A stretch of DNA of 64,000 nucleotides from Phoronis australis (lineage: Eukaryota > Animalia > Phoronida): assembly GCA_002633005.1 (NCBI GenBank), contig NMRA01000254.1, positions 89,959 through 153,958 of the forward strand. Reading direction: 5' to 3'. The translations under genes and the position numbers were made by a program. The notes below the pieces were generated by a model, which did not search any database, was not told the DNA's origin, and saw nothing but the letters and a program-made list of their open reading frames with translations. Below, piece after piece: positions 55,101-63,092 of the stretch. The stretch's first letter is position 1, and the number at the start of each line of letters is the position of its first letter.

Positions 55101-57832
55101 ACAGTTTCAGCAAAACGATGTGTATTTGGGTTGTTTTAGTTCCATTCTTCTGTTTTAATTTGCAATTTATTTTATTTAAAAATCTTTCCAAAAACAACTG
55201 GACATTTTGTTTAATCTTTGATTGTAGTGAAACACTCCATGATAAATCTTGGTCATCAGCTGATGCTTAAAGCCTACTTTTAATGGTAACACAAAAAATC
55301 TTGTAAATTTAATTTCACACTGAAGTTGTTAATTGTCAAATGTAATGAAATTATTTTCTTATTGCCTGACTTTCGTTTACGTCACTGGGAAAATACTTTT
55401 AACAATTCAAACAGCTACAAACACCACCCCACAAAAGGTCAGTTCTGTTTAGTATCCCATGGTACCCTTGCCATGCAAATACATATTACTTCTACCATGG
55501 GCACGGACGAATGCTTAAAACACTGCCATCAATTCTTCTCAGTTTGCCGTTTTCTTGCAGTGACGTAATATGGTGCAAAAAGGCTACTTCACATATCATT
55601 TGAGAGTTTAAGTTGTGCTTTCTCGCGTTGCTAAATCTTACTAGAATCATCTGGTTAGTCCAATACATCCAGATTGACAAAGAATGTGTTAGAGGAAGGA
55701 TTTAAAATCACAGTGTAATAAATGTAACAGTAACACAGCTGCATGTGATAACCTGTAATGAAACACAGCACATGGTGCAGCCATTCATTTCCCTTCGTTT
55801 GCAATCTGCAATCTAAAGCTAATATTTTGCACAATAGTTTGCAATGCAAGTTTATGAATTTTGTCCAAGTTTGACTAGCTTGGGAAAAGATAAAGCAAAA
55901 GTAAAGACAGAGAAGTGAAAAAATATCGCTAAATAATCTTGACAAAATAATTAGGTTCGAAATGTTATCCATTTATGAAAACAAGCGATTTCATTGGCGT
56001 TTTTTGAAAACAGCTTTACAATGACTTGGTAACTAGTGAAAAAGTAAGCTTTAAATTCATGTGGAGAAACACTGCTGTTTGTGGTCTCCATCACATCGTC
56101 CTGTTAGCTGGCTACACAAATGAATGGCATCCACCTGTTTCCCAATCATTTCAGCACAGATAGTTCTATAACAGTTGCCATTGACACCACTGATGCGAGG
56201 CCTTTGTAGTGTGTTCAAAGCATCTGTTCACTATGATTGTTCCTTTGTTGCCTAGGCAATCAGAGATTTCTGCAGAGGAGCCCTCTGTTGGAGTCCACTC
56301 ACATCTCCGGCAGTTTCGACTGTCTGAGCTCCACCGCGAAATCCCCCAAGTTAAGGAGGGGTAAAATCTTGGCCAGTTCTATGACCAATCTGGCGTCCAG
56401 TCGTAACAGTCACTTTGGTATGTTTCCAGCACGCCCCAGCTAACGGAAGCATGCACTCCCCGCTAACTTGAACTAACACTTGGTCTGGTTTGGGCAGGAA
56501 CTAACAGTAGACTCTAAGGATTAGTCACAAGGGCCAATGATGTTAGCCTTTTCTTGTACTAATACTTAACCGGAAGTTTTTCGTAGTAGGCTATGGTGGT
56601 GGATTATAGTTGTACTGTAAACGATGTCTGATAAAATAACTCTGTTTCTGTTGTTGCGCTATGTGTACAGAAAGTAAAAATGACTAAACCAGCCATGGAC
56701 CGAGTTGTACATCTGGCATTGAAAACAATGAAGTTGTGACATAAGTTTTACAGTCACTTCGTGCTGTCTAAGCACAATTTCCTATAGACTGGAAATATCA
56801 TTTCTTATTATTTGTAATTAGTCTATGGAGGGCAGACGTTAATTATTAAATGGTGCATTTACAAGTAATTCCTTTTCATTGGTCCATGATTTGAAGAGTT
56901 TTGTTTCCTAAAATGAAACCCCCCTTTGTTACACTCTGGGAACTCTTCACAGAAGAAGGTAATAAATTGTGTGACCCTTGCCATTACACTCTTCTGCACA
57001 CTTATCAGGTGACTATTGTACACGCTGTTCACTGAGCTACCGTAAACCGATTTTGATCCTGCCACACACTGTACCCCCTGACACTAAGTGCTCGGAGATC
57101 ACGTGAAATATTATGACTAATTTTGGAGTGTTACTTTTATGTTGATGTTGTTTGCATGAAGGTTGGTTGTTGTTGGATGAGGATGCAGACTTATATTCAA
57201 GGTTTATTTCAGTACTTTCATTGTTGTTTCTTGATCTCGGGTTTTCCTGCTTTGGCCAGGTGAAGGGCTTGGTTTGTGGAAACTGAAAGAGCGGCTGAGC
57301 AGTGCCAACTTGCTATATGTGAATGACTCCAACTGCCTCTTGTGTATGTCACAATCATGAATTTAGTTTCATGTGGCTTGTCTTAGTTATAATGCCACCC
57401 ATGTTATTATCTCCCTTGTTTCACCACAACAATCTTTTTGTATTGAGCAGTTAAAGTAATAGGATTTCTGATCAGGAATTTTGACTCTCTAGGGGTGAAG
57501 TGAAGACATAATAGTTAGTTTATATAAGTGTTTTGTTTTTGTGCTATTTATTCATGTGTAGACTTGAATGTTTGTTCATTCATTATCAAAATAATTTTCA
57601 CCAAGAAATCCATTCAATACTTCACCATGGTGTTTCAGCATATCTTCGGAATTATCTAGTCTTTCACTAAATTTCTCCCTTTTTACCAATAGGGGGCACC
57701 AACGGACATACTGGTTCAAACATGAGAAGGGACTCTGCATCTTCATCAACCAGTTTGAACTCCTCCTCCAGCCGAGACAGAATTCTGAGTCCCATGGCTA
57801 AGAGCACACCCAAGTCTAAGAAGAAGCATTAG
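4055..57832 (+). CDS. MACF1: Spectraplakin (MACF1/dystonin/short stop family), multi-exon gene, 5' end not resolved
   Basis: 44 GT-AG exons with continuous phase. They encode plakin/SH3, plectin repeats, spectrin repeats, two EF-hands, GAR ([15 protein letters not shown]) and [16 protein letters not shown]. The symbol is family-level only; orthology was not tested. Confidence 0.93.
5060..5179 (+). CDS. MACF1: Spectraplakin exon, plakin domain
   Basis: [13 protein letters not shown]...; phase 0-0; |gtaagt. Confidence 0.85.
5450..5596 (+). CDS. MACF1: Spectraplakin exon, start of plakin SH3
   Basis: ...[20 protein letters not shown]; phase 0-0. Confidence 0.85.
6368..6427 (+). CDS. MACF1: Spectraplakin exon, SH3
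   Basis: [20 protein letters not shown]; phase 0-0. Confidence 0.85.
6572..6663 (+). CDS. MACF1: Spectraplakin exon, end of SH3
   Basis: [26 protein letters not shown]; phase 0-2. Confidence 0.85.
7098..7203 (+). CDS. MACF1: Spectraplakin exon
   Basis: [11 protein letters not shown]...SLQK; phase 2-0. Confidence 0.8.
7214..7428. mobile_element. MITE with CAGTGGCAGATCTAGG-type TIRs
   Basis: caatggcagatttagg ... cctagatctgccactg (14/16 inverted match). Related partial termini occur near 25029 and 48000. Confidence 0.65.
8602..8782 (+). CDS. MACF1: Spectraplakin exon
   Basis: [23 protein letters not shown]...; phase 0-1; |gtaagt. Confidence 0.8.
9335..9405 (+). CDS. MACF1: Spectraplakin exon
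   Basis: [23 protein letters not shown]; phase 1-0. Confidence 0.8.
9820..9941 (+). CDS. MACF1: Spectraplakin exon, linker
   Basis: [12 protein letters not shown]...; phase 0-2. Confidence 0.75.
9995..10104. repeat. Palindromic MITE-like repeat, copy 2
   Basis: cttacagg..tttgtgaaccagttt / aaactggttctcaaa..cctgtaag inverted arms. Confidence 0.7.
10561..10884 (+). CDS. MACF1: Spectraplakin exon, first plectin repeat
   Basis: [24 protein letters not shown]; phase 2-2. Confidence 0.9.
11490..12578 (-). mobile_element. 5'-truncated non-LTR retrotransposon (RNase H-containing, I/Ingi-like group)
   Basis: Post-RT segment ([15 protein letters not shown]) followed by RNase H motifs [34 protein letters not shown]. 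One stop at 11919-11921; the same frame continues to 11538. Confidence 0.88.
13257..15393 (+). CDS. MACF1: Spectraplakin large exon, plectin repeats plus first spectrin helix
   Basis: Repeated DPxTG..lSl.eAi..Gli motifs; 2137 nt; phase 2-0. Confidence 0.95.
16084..16251 (+). CDS. MACF1: Spectraplakin exon, spectrin repeat
   Basis: [13 protein letters not shown]...; phase 0-0. Confidence 0.9.
16901..17077 (+). CDS. MACF1: Spectraplakin exon, spectrin repeat
   Basis: [15 protein letters not shown]; phase 0-0. Confidence 0.9.
17302..17341. repeat. 15-bp tandem repeat, about 2.7 copies
   Basis: Unit ctgatcacagaccac. Confidence 0.8.
17640..17796. repeat. 43-bp minisatellite, about 3.7 copies
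   Basis: Units aaagtcttgcc.ttctatcacattcactggttcagaagcaaac start at 17640, 17682, 17725 and 17768. Confidence 0.9.
18288..18371 (+). CDS. MACF1: Spectraplakin exon, spectrin repeat
   Basis: [28 protein letters not shown]. Confidence 0.88.
18464..18768. mobile_element. Non-autonomous TTAA/GGTT-terminal element, partial copy
   Basis: ttaa|ggttgtatagaaccctagaaaaatgt..gaaactttcag, homologous to the copies at 3068 and 33584. Confidence 0.55.
19053..19374 (+). CDS. MACF1: Spectraplakin exon, spectrin repeat
   Basis: EYDEVKAKF...IRDIK; phase 0-1. Confidence 0.9.
19868..19948 (+). CDS. MACF1: Spectraplakin exon
   Basis: [26 protein letters not shown]; phase 1-1. Confidence 0.88.
20260..20515. repeat. 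32-bp minisatellite, 8 copies
   Basis: tctggtgttcaagggcatctattaaatggtaa x8, head-to-tail, one substitution seen, no spacers. Confidence 0.97.
21038..21753 (+). CDS. MACF1: Spectraplakin exon, spectrin repeats
   Basis: [21 protein letters not shown]; phase 1-0. Confidence 0.93.
22350..22469 (+). CDS. MACF1: Spectraplakin exon
   Basis: [23 protein letters not shown]. Confidence 0.9.
23006..23332 (+). CDS. MACF1: Spectraplakin exon
   Basis: [20 protein letters not shown]. Confidence 0.92.
24246..24455 (+). CDS. MACF1: Spectraplakin exon
   Basis: [27 protein letters not shown]. Confidence 0.92.
26770..27900 (-). mobile_element. Decayed Penelope-like retroelement (RT remnant, GIY-YIG endonuclease, 3' pLTR)
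   Basis: Minus strand about 27175-26870 reads [57 protein letters not shown] with frameshifts. The upstream boundary is approximate. Confidence 0.85.
26793..26840 (-). ncRNA. Minimal hammerhead ribozyme motif (Penelope-associated)
   Basis: CUGACGA-A-[AGCCGA ucguag UCGGCU]-GAAAC-GUU on the minus strand; stem I is poorly paired. Confidence 0.75.
28488..28710 (+). CDS. MACF1: Spectraplakin exon
   Basis: [19 protein letters not shown]; phase 0-1. Confidence 0.92.
29296..29528 (+). CDS. MACF1: Spectraplakin exon
   Basis: [22 protein letters not shown]; phase 1-0. Confidence 0.92.
30413..30637 (+). CDS. MACF1: Spectraplakin exon
   Basis: [22 protein letters not shown]. Confidence 0.92.
31027..31296 (+). 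CDS. MACF1: Spectraplakin exon
   Basis: [13 protein letters not shown]...[14 protein letters not shown]. Confidence 0.92.
31406..31462. repeat. Short tandem repeat, 3 copies of 18-20 bp
   Basis: Unit caagaagtcatta(ta)atagt. Confidence 0.75.
31576..31731 (+). CDS. MACF1: Spectraplakin exon
   Basis: [27 protein letters not shown]. Confidence 0.92.
32036..32149. repeat. Palindromic MITE-like repeat, copy 3
   Basis: tagtcat..ttttgagaaccagtt / aactggttctcaaaa..gtgactat. Confidence 0.7.
32310..32513 (+). CDS. MACF1: Spectraplakin exon
   Basis: [24 protein letters not shown]. Confidence 0.92.
33088..33216 (+). CDS. MACF1: Spectraplakin exon
   Basis: [24 protein letters not shown]. Confidence 0.92.
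33584..34091. mobile_element. Non-autonomous TIR element (Kolobok-like family), near full length
   Basis: GGTTATGTAGG ... CCTACATAAGT imperfect TIRs; colinear with the copy at 3068-3536. Confidence 0.7.
34929..34946 (+). CDS. Candidate 18-nt cassette microexon (RCENVE)
   Basis: CTAAC motifs and a long pyrimidine tract with TGC precede aag|aggtgtgaaaatgtggag|gtgagt. It is in frame within a phase-0 intron. Confidence 0.6.
37001..37171 (+). CDS. MACF1: Spectraplakin exon
   Basis: [29 protein letters not shown]. Confidence 0.92.
37523..37678 (+). CDS. MACF1: Spectraplakin exon
   Basis: [27 protein letters not shown]. Confidence 0.92.
38339..38545 (+). CDS. MACF1: Spectraplakin exon (copy 1)
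   Basis: [31 protein letters not shown]. Confidence 0.9.
38951..39070 (+). CDS. MACF1: Spectraplakin exon (copy 1)
   Basis: [19 protein letters not shown]. Confidence 0.9.
39741..39947 (+). CDS. MACF1: Duplicate of exon 38339-38545
   Basis: Same peptide; the differences I saw are synonymous (aga/agg, act/acc). Confidence 0.6.
40353..40472 (+). CDS. MACF1: Duplicate of exon 38951-39070
   Basis: Same peptide except E>D (gag/gac). Confidence 0.6.
42105..42306. mobile_element. Tc1/mariner-type MITE
   Basis: TA|CAGGGTGATCCAAAAA ... TTTTTGGTCACCATG|TA. Confidence 0.75.
43506..43575. repeat. 17-bp tandem repeat, 4 copies
   Basis: Unit ctatgattcacatattg. Confidence 0.9.
44645..44817 (+). CDS. 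MACF1: Spectraplakin exon
   Basis: [27 protein letters not shown]; phase 0-2. Confidence 0.92.
45880..46213 (+). CDS. MACF1: Spectraplakin exon
   Basis: [33 protein letters not shown]; phase 2-0. Confidence 0.95.
46682..46807 (+). CDS. MACF1: Spectraplakin exon
   Basis: [19 protein letters not shown]. Confidence 0.93.
47272..47415 (+). CDS. MACF1: Spectraplakin exon
   Basis: [28 protein letters not shown]. Confidence 0.93.
48134..48322 (+). CDS. MACF1: Spectraplakin exon
   Basis: [30 protein letters not shown]. Confidence 0.93.
48877..48980 (+). CDS. MACF1: Spectraplakin exon
   Basis: [18 protein letters not shown]; phase 0-2. Confidence 0.88.
51457..51740 (+). CDS. MACF1: Spectraplakin exon, end of rod and EF-hand 1
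   Basis: [41 protein letters not shown]; phase 2-1. Confidence 0.95.
52274..52377 (+). CDS. MACF1: Spectraplakin exon, EF-hand 2
   Basis: [34 protein letters not shown]. Confidence 0.95.
52689..52820 (+). CDS. MACF1: Spectraplakin exon, N-terminal half of GAR
   Basis: [34 protein letters not shown]. Confidence 0.95.
53587..53704 (+). CDS. MACF1: Spectraplakin exon, C-terminal half of GAR
   Basis: [38 protein letters not shown]. Confidence 0.96.
54061..54237 (+). CDS. MACF1: Spectraplakin exon, start of tail
   Basis: [18 protein letters not shown]; phase 1-1. Confidence 0.93.
56256..56417 (+). CDS. MACF1: Spectraplakin tail exon, probably alternative
   Basis: cctag|..|gtatgt, 162 nt, phase 1-1, Ser/Arg-rich. 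Confidence 0.78.
56440..56505 (+). promoter_or_regulatory. Intronic splicing-regulatory cluster (CTAAC x4, GCATG)
   Basis: CTAAC at 56440, 56463, 56473 and 56501; GCATG at 56449; all just downstream of a 5' splice site. Confidence 0.6.
57693..57832 (+). CDS. MACF1: Spectraplakin terminal coding exon
   Basis: [19 protein letters not shown]...KSKKKH*; phase-1 start after a long pyrimidine tract. Confidence 0.82.
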
Positions 57833-59496
57833 ATCAGGGAAAGGTCAAGACTCAGTTGTAGGTCATGACCTCGGGTTGACTTCCAGGCATATGCCTATAG
57901 CAACCATGTGTATATTGCAAAGTGTGTTTGACCAGCCGCCGACATGGGATTCAGACTTGAAAAGTTCGATGTTCTTTTCAACATTATCTGCATTACGAGG
58001 AAGTACCCATCGTGGAACTTTTGACTGAGAGACAGACAAAAAAATTTTGTCAATGAATGTATATCGACATGTCAGCCACCATCCTGTCACACTCCATCGC
58101 ATAGTGCAGGTGGAGAGTTGCGCGCCTCAAATGCATGCTCATAGCTCACGTCTGCTGTTTGTGGGTAGCCTGCAGTTCAGCTTACTGTTTACTTGAGGCA
58201 GCAAGCTGATCTCATAGCTCACTGTCTGCAGCTAGCTTTATAGTTTCATTCCATCTGTGGGTGCACATTACACACCATGTCTTATGGACCCACTACTACA
58301 TACTCAACTAAAAATGACCAATCGTATGCAGTGAAATTCAGAAAATAAGTTGAAGCATGGCACGTGGTTAATTTTCAAGTCATGTCTCTAGTAAAATGTG
58401 GTGACTTGAAAATTGACCAGTCACAGAGCGCGAAATTGGAAAATCACTTGAAGCATGGCATGCGATTCGTTAATTTTCGTGTCCGATTTTATGGTGTTCA
58501 TGGATCTTGGTTTTGGAATAAAGTGCTCTTTTAGTCGTAAAAAATCTCCCTTAGTGTGGGATATTTCTGCAGCATTGGCTGGATGAGATTATTTAGTATG
58601 CCATTCTATAGATTTCCACTGAGCTTCAGATTCAATTTCTTATCTGATATGACACAATAGGCTTTGATGTATTAACTCTTGTATTTGCATCTTTATTTAT
58701 ATACAAAGATTGATGGAGCCATAGATGGATACATTCGTGGTTGATATAGATATGCGTCAACAAAAGTAATTATTAACTATGCAAATGTTCCTATGTTGTA
58801 TTTATTGTTTGGCCAGATTGAAAAATCAAAAGTCTTTGCAGACATAGATGTTCTGTTAGTATTGTACCTCTTATTTTGGGTGGGTGGGTGAATATTGGAT
58901 ATTTTTTTCTTAATGGAACCCCTGTGAACAAGTTCACCGCTGAATAATTTGTTTTTTGGCTGTACTTATTGTATATTGTCTTTTTACACTAGAGTTTAGC
59001 CCCACTGGACCTTAATTTGAAATCATTGTCTAAATGCTTGAAGTAAAAAGTCATGACGAAACATTTCTAATAGAGGATTAAGTGTACTTTAGTTTGAGTG
59101 CTGTCACTAGATTAACTAACATCACCATGCACTAAAAGTGTTGTGTAATAAACTACATTGGAGATGACTAGGCTTTGCTGTATTAGGCCTGCATTCATTT
59201 CTGGGATATTTATTTATATACGAATATATAGTTTTTACTATTTTATTATTGTATAAATTTTGTGCAGTTAATTTCTAAAGGATTTCTTAAATGGACTTTG
59301 CTTATGTGTAGTGTTCTAACTTGCGTTGATAGACGGGTTATGTTTTCTGTCGGACAGTCCCGTAAATTATGCCAGATTGCCATGGGCTGTTTCAGCGATT
59401 AATGTATTTTGCAATTATTATTCATTGTAAAGTTGCGTAGCACATTCCAGTTACATTGTTGTTGCTTGAAAAGGACCTTGTTGAACTTGTTTGCGG

Positions 59497-59502
59497 AATA
59501 AA
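59497..59502 (+). terminator. Likely polyadenylation signal (alternatives at 58517 and 59147)
   Basis: AATAAA at the end of a U-rich ~1.7 kb UTR-like tract. Confidence 0.5.
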
Positions 59503-59830
59503 ATGTGCTGTTTAGACATAACTCTGCAATCTGCCTGTTCTTTCAACACTTATATATTTTTTGCTGCTTGAAGTTGGTGAAGATTTGTCACAGTGGTAGC
59601 ATGATTGCCCTCGAGTCTAATGCTGGTATTCAAGACAAAGGTTCATTCCTGATAACTAACCCCTTGACCTAAAAATCGTGATTAATTCGATAAATATGGT
59701 ATGAAAAATTTTTCGTGCTTGGAGCAGCAATACCTATCTACCTGTTATATGAAAATGAATCGTGTAGTGGCCTACAGCGGATATAAAGCGACCTAATTTT
59801 GGATGGGTTGGCGAACGCTGTCAATAATAA

Positions 59831-60320
59831 AGGAGAAATCAACGTTTTTCATGTCAATTTTTAGTAAAAATACACTTCGTTGATTATCCCAGACAATTTT
59901 TTTGTTAATAACGGCTTCCCGTAATTTTATTAATTAGTCGTGCCTTACTCCGGAAGTGACGTTTTGGGAATTTAGTATTTCCCGCCATTTTATTTTCATG
60001 TGGTCTGTTGTAGTTTGCGTTTGTTTTCGAGTCCGACAACATGTCGCACGATTGCTGCGTAGCGGGTGTACTCGTATCGTCTTACGCGCACTTTGCGTAT
60101 GTACACCGCTTTCCGGAAGATGACACGCTCCGCCGTCTTGGCTAGTTCGTGTGAAGAACGCAGCGTTACCGCCCACGCAACGTTCAACGAGTGTGTGGCA
60201 AGCATTTTCTGCCGTTGGATTACGAAAGAGGTATGTTCGCGGAACGGGTGAAGGTTCCTACAAAACAATCCCTAAAGAAGGGTTCCATGCTGTCGCTAAC
60301 CTTTCAAGCACGTTTGTAGA
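59831..60320 (+). mobile_element. Second Kolobok-type 5' end with THAP pseudogene
   Basis: ataa|AGGAGAA at 59827-59837. From the ATG at 60041: MSHDCCVAG..HRFPEDDTLRRL/WLVRVKN../RVCGKHFLPLDY..LKKGSMLSL, with frameshifts. Confidence 0.72.
59950..59990 (+). promoter_or_regulatory. Housekeeping-type promoter motifs inside the transposon relic
   Basis: CCGGAAGTGACG (ETS plus CRE half-site) and TTTCCCGCCATTTT (overlapping E2F/YY1-like), 50-90 bp before the THAP ATG. Confidence 0.5.
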
Positions 60321-62714
60321 TTCGTTTACGCGCCGTTAGTGAACGGAAGCCAGTTCGTCGGGTTAATTTTGAATCAACCATAACCCCGTTTCTTGTACAT
60401 TCCGGTAATTTTAAACGGGAAATCGGAATATCTCCATGGTCATAACATCGATGGTTTCCGACGTGACCTGTGAAAATGTGCCTCATATTCCAAAACGAGG
60501 CCAATGAAAACTACGTGCTTTCTTACATCCGTACAAAGGAGAGTGCTATCGCCGGCTGTGTTATTCGGCTCGGCCATATTCTGCAGTATGCTTCTATCTC
60601 GGGGAAATGCATTAAAGCAATAAAAGCCTAGTTCTGGATAACTACAATCTTGCTCTCAATTGTACAAATTGATCGTACAGTGAAGCAATTCAATATTTGT
60701 ATATTTACAATCTGGGCAACGCACAATAGTGGTTTAGTAATTATTATACAAATAATACAACTTATTTTTGCTTTGAACATCTACAACAAAGATACACATA
60801 GTTCGTGTAAACAACAATAACACATATCGCACCTATAAACAACAACAATAAATCATATTGTTCCCGTTAAGTACATAGACCCAGGACAACATATCGCACT
60901 GCAGCAGAAACATTTTGCGAAAAGGTCAAATATATCAAAATTGGTTCTCAGTGAACTAAGTTCTTGTCTGATTTTGCGTGTTCAAGGGGTTTTCGCCTAC
61001 CGACGGAACGAATACCTGGTCTGAGTCCGACAGACTAAAACCTGCGCCTAAGTGGTAAAAGAAAAAAGGTCGCAGCAACTTTCAACTGTCATCAAGTGAC
61101 CTTTTCTTTTTCATCATTTTCAATGTATGAACAACTAAAAATACTGCATCACCTCATAATTGCCTAGACAAAAAACATACCAGACCCATTTATGTTATTT
61201 CTTTGGCCTAGTCTGGCATAATTAAATGCACTTGGAAGACAAACGATGTGTCAGATTGTCGGTCAATAGCGTTTTCGAAAAAAGGAGACCACCTCATGGC
61301 TTGCAGCTGAGTGGCCCAGCACGGCTCGTCCTTTGCAATTTATAATAACAATAATAATAATACTGTTATTGTTATTAAGGGTAATTTCTTTCATGGTTGA
61401 TGTGTGGGTATCATTGGTCTCTCAAATAATTATAATCTCTTTAATTACCTACTCCTAGAGTAAAATCAAAATACTGTCCAAAGCCGACATAAACTCATGC
61501 ACTACCGTATGCATACGTATTTAGAAACCCATGCGATTATGTCCGCATTTGGCGCATGCGCTTCTGTGCAAAACACTTGAGCAAAAACCAAGGACCTACT
61601 TTTTACAATTTTATAGCTTTAAACTAGACTAACACCTTAAAAACGGTTCACGTTGACGTCAACTCAATTCCGCGTTAACTATTTAACCGAAATAGTGAAA
61701 GGAATGAACAAAACATACAAAAAACAGCAAACATGTACCTTTAAGTGAAACTTGAACAAAAACAATGTTAGAGAAAGAGTGTTTCGCATATAGATGAACG
61801 GGTCTAAATACGCGAATATAGGGAAAATAACAATAGGCCTATTGTCTCAGATGAATAGAAACATCAAAATTTAGGGCTTAATGCATTGTCAACCAAAATA
61901 CATCCTGGTACACGTTGTCACTTACGATAAATTTTATTCAAAGCCGTTAGGAACCATGTTTTGGCATCAATAACTTTCTAACACAGAGGATTTGCCTCCT
62001 CAAAAGCAACGTCATCGTGTTCTGTCCTTTCCTTGAACTGAAAGTGGGTGCAATAAAAAATGCCTAGAATTACCCTTTCGATCATAATACTTCTGCGGGG
62101 GCTAAAACTTATCCGACGCGACAAAGAACTTCACGAGCCTTGTCTGAAGCGATTTCCAACCGTAGGTTTTTATTTGCTATTGGGTGAATTGGAGACGCTT
62201 TAGTCTCTAACTTTTTGACAAATTTGTATCAACTGAATTCAATATTGTTCGCATGATTATTATTCATCTGGAAACTTTATGAGCGTCCATATATTCGGGT
62301 AAGTTTTGATTCCGCAATTTTTCACCTAATTTGCAAAAAAATAATTGCCAAAACTATTTACCCTGACGCAAATAATTATTGTTAATTTTCCAAGTGCTGT
62401 TTTACGACGTCTCCGTATCAGCAGCAAAGCTAGCAATAGGCTTTTCACCCCTTATGTTACTTGAGAAATTTGACAAAATAAAATTTCACTTGCCCACCAT
62501 AATGTGTGCGAATTGGGTGAAGAATTACCGTAACTGCCATTTTTTTACTTTCGGACACTCTTGAAAACGTTGCCCAAAGTCCATGACGTAGTGCCATCAC
62601 CCGCCATTATTGAAGTAACATAAGCAAATAGCAAGTTCTCATTAGCTACTCCTTGGTCCTTTTTTGACAATTTCGTCTTGAAATTTGTCGCTTGCGATTT
62701 CATAATTTTCCTGC

Positions 62715-62911
62715 TCAGTTTTGGTTGACTTTGATGTTGCTACAGGCGGCAGTAAAGTTCCACTGACTGCTGTCAGTCTGAGGCTGTTGGCGAATATCCA
62801 TAGGCCCCCATCCGATGTTAGAGGAAGACAGGCCGATAGAACCGAACATAGATGGGGGCGGGAAACTCGGACACACGGGGAACGCCGTTGTACTTCCGTT
62901 AACTGACGAGT
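62715..62911 (-). CDS. Probable terminal coding exon of a convergent gene (Ser/Pro-rich, identity unknown)
   Basis: Minus-strand acceptor tttcttgttgcag|, GC-richer open frame DSSVNGSTTAFPVCPSFPPPSMFG...KVNQN*. Downstream minus-strand sequence is U/G-rich and UTR-like, with TGTAAATA at 60702-60709. Confidence 0.5.
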
Positions 62912-63092
62912 CTGCAACAAGAAACATTGTATCATGTCAACGCAACCATTTTCTAGGATCTCCCTTCCATAAATCTTCATGTATGGATCTTTTCTAGTAG
63001 ACTAAATGGGGTACAGAAAATAATTTTCAAATTAAAAAACAGTCAGTTTAATGATTATCTGCAAATAGGAATCCGCCATGGTCTTACATTAA

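Noticed and set aside
55425-55440. Microexon ending at the donor-like aag|gtcagt in a tail intron
   Set aside because: The nearest acceptor gives 23 nt, which breaks the phase-1 intron frame.
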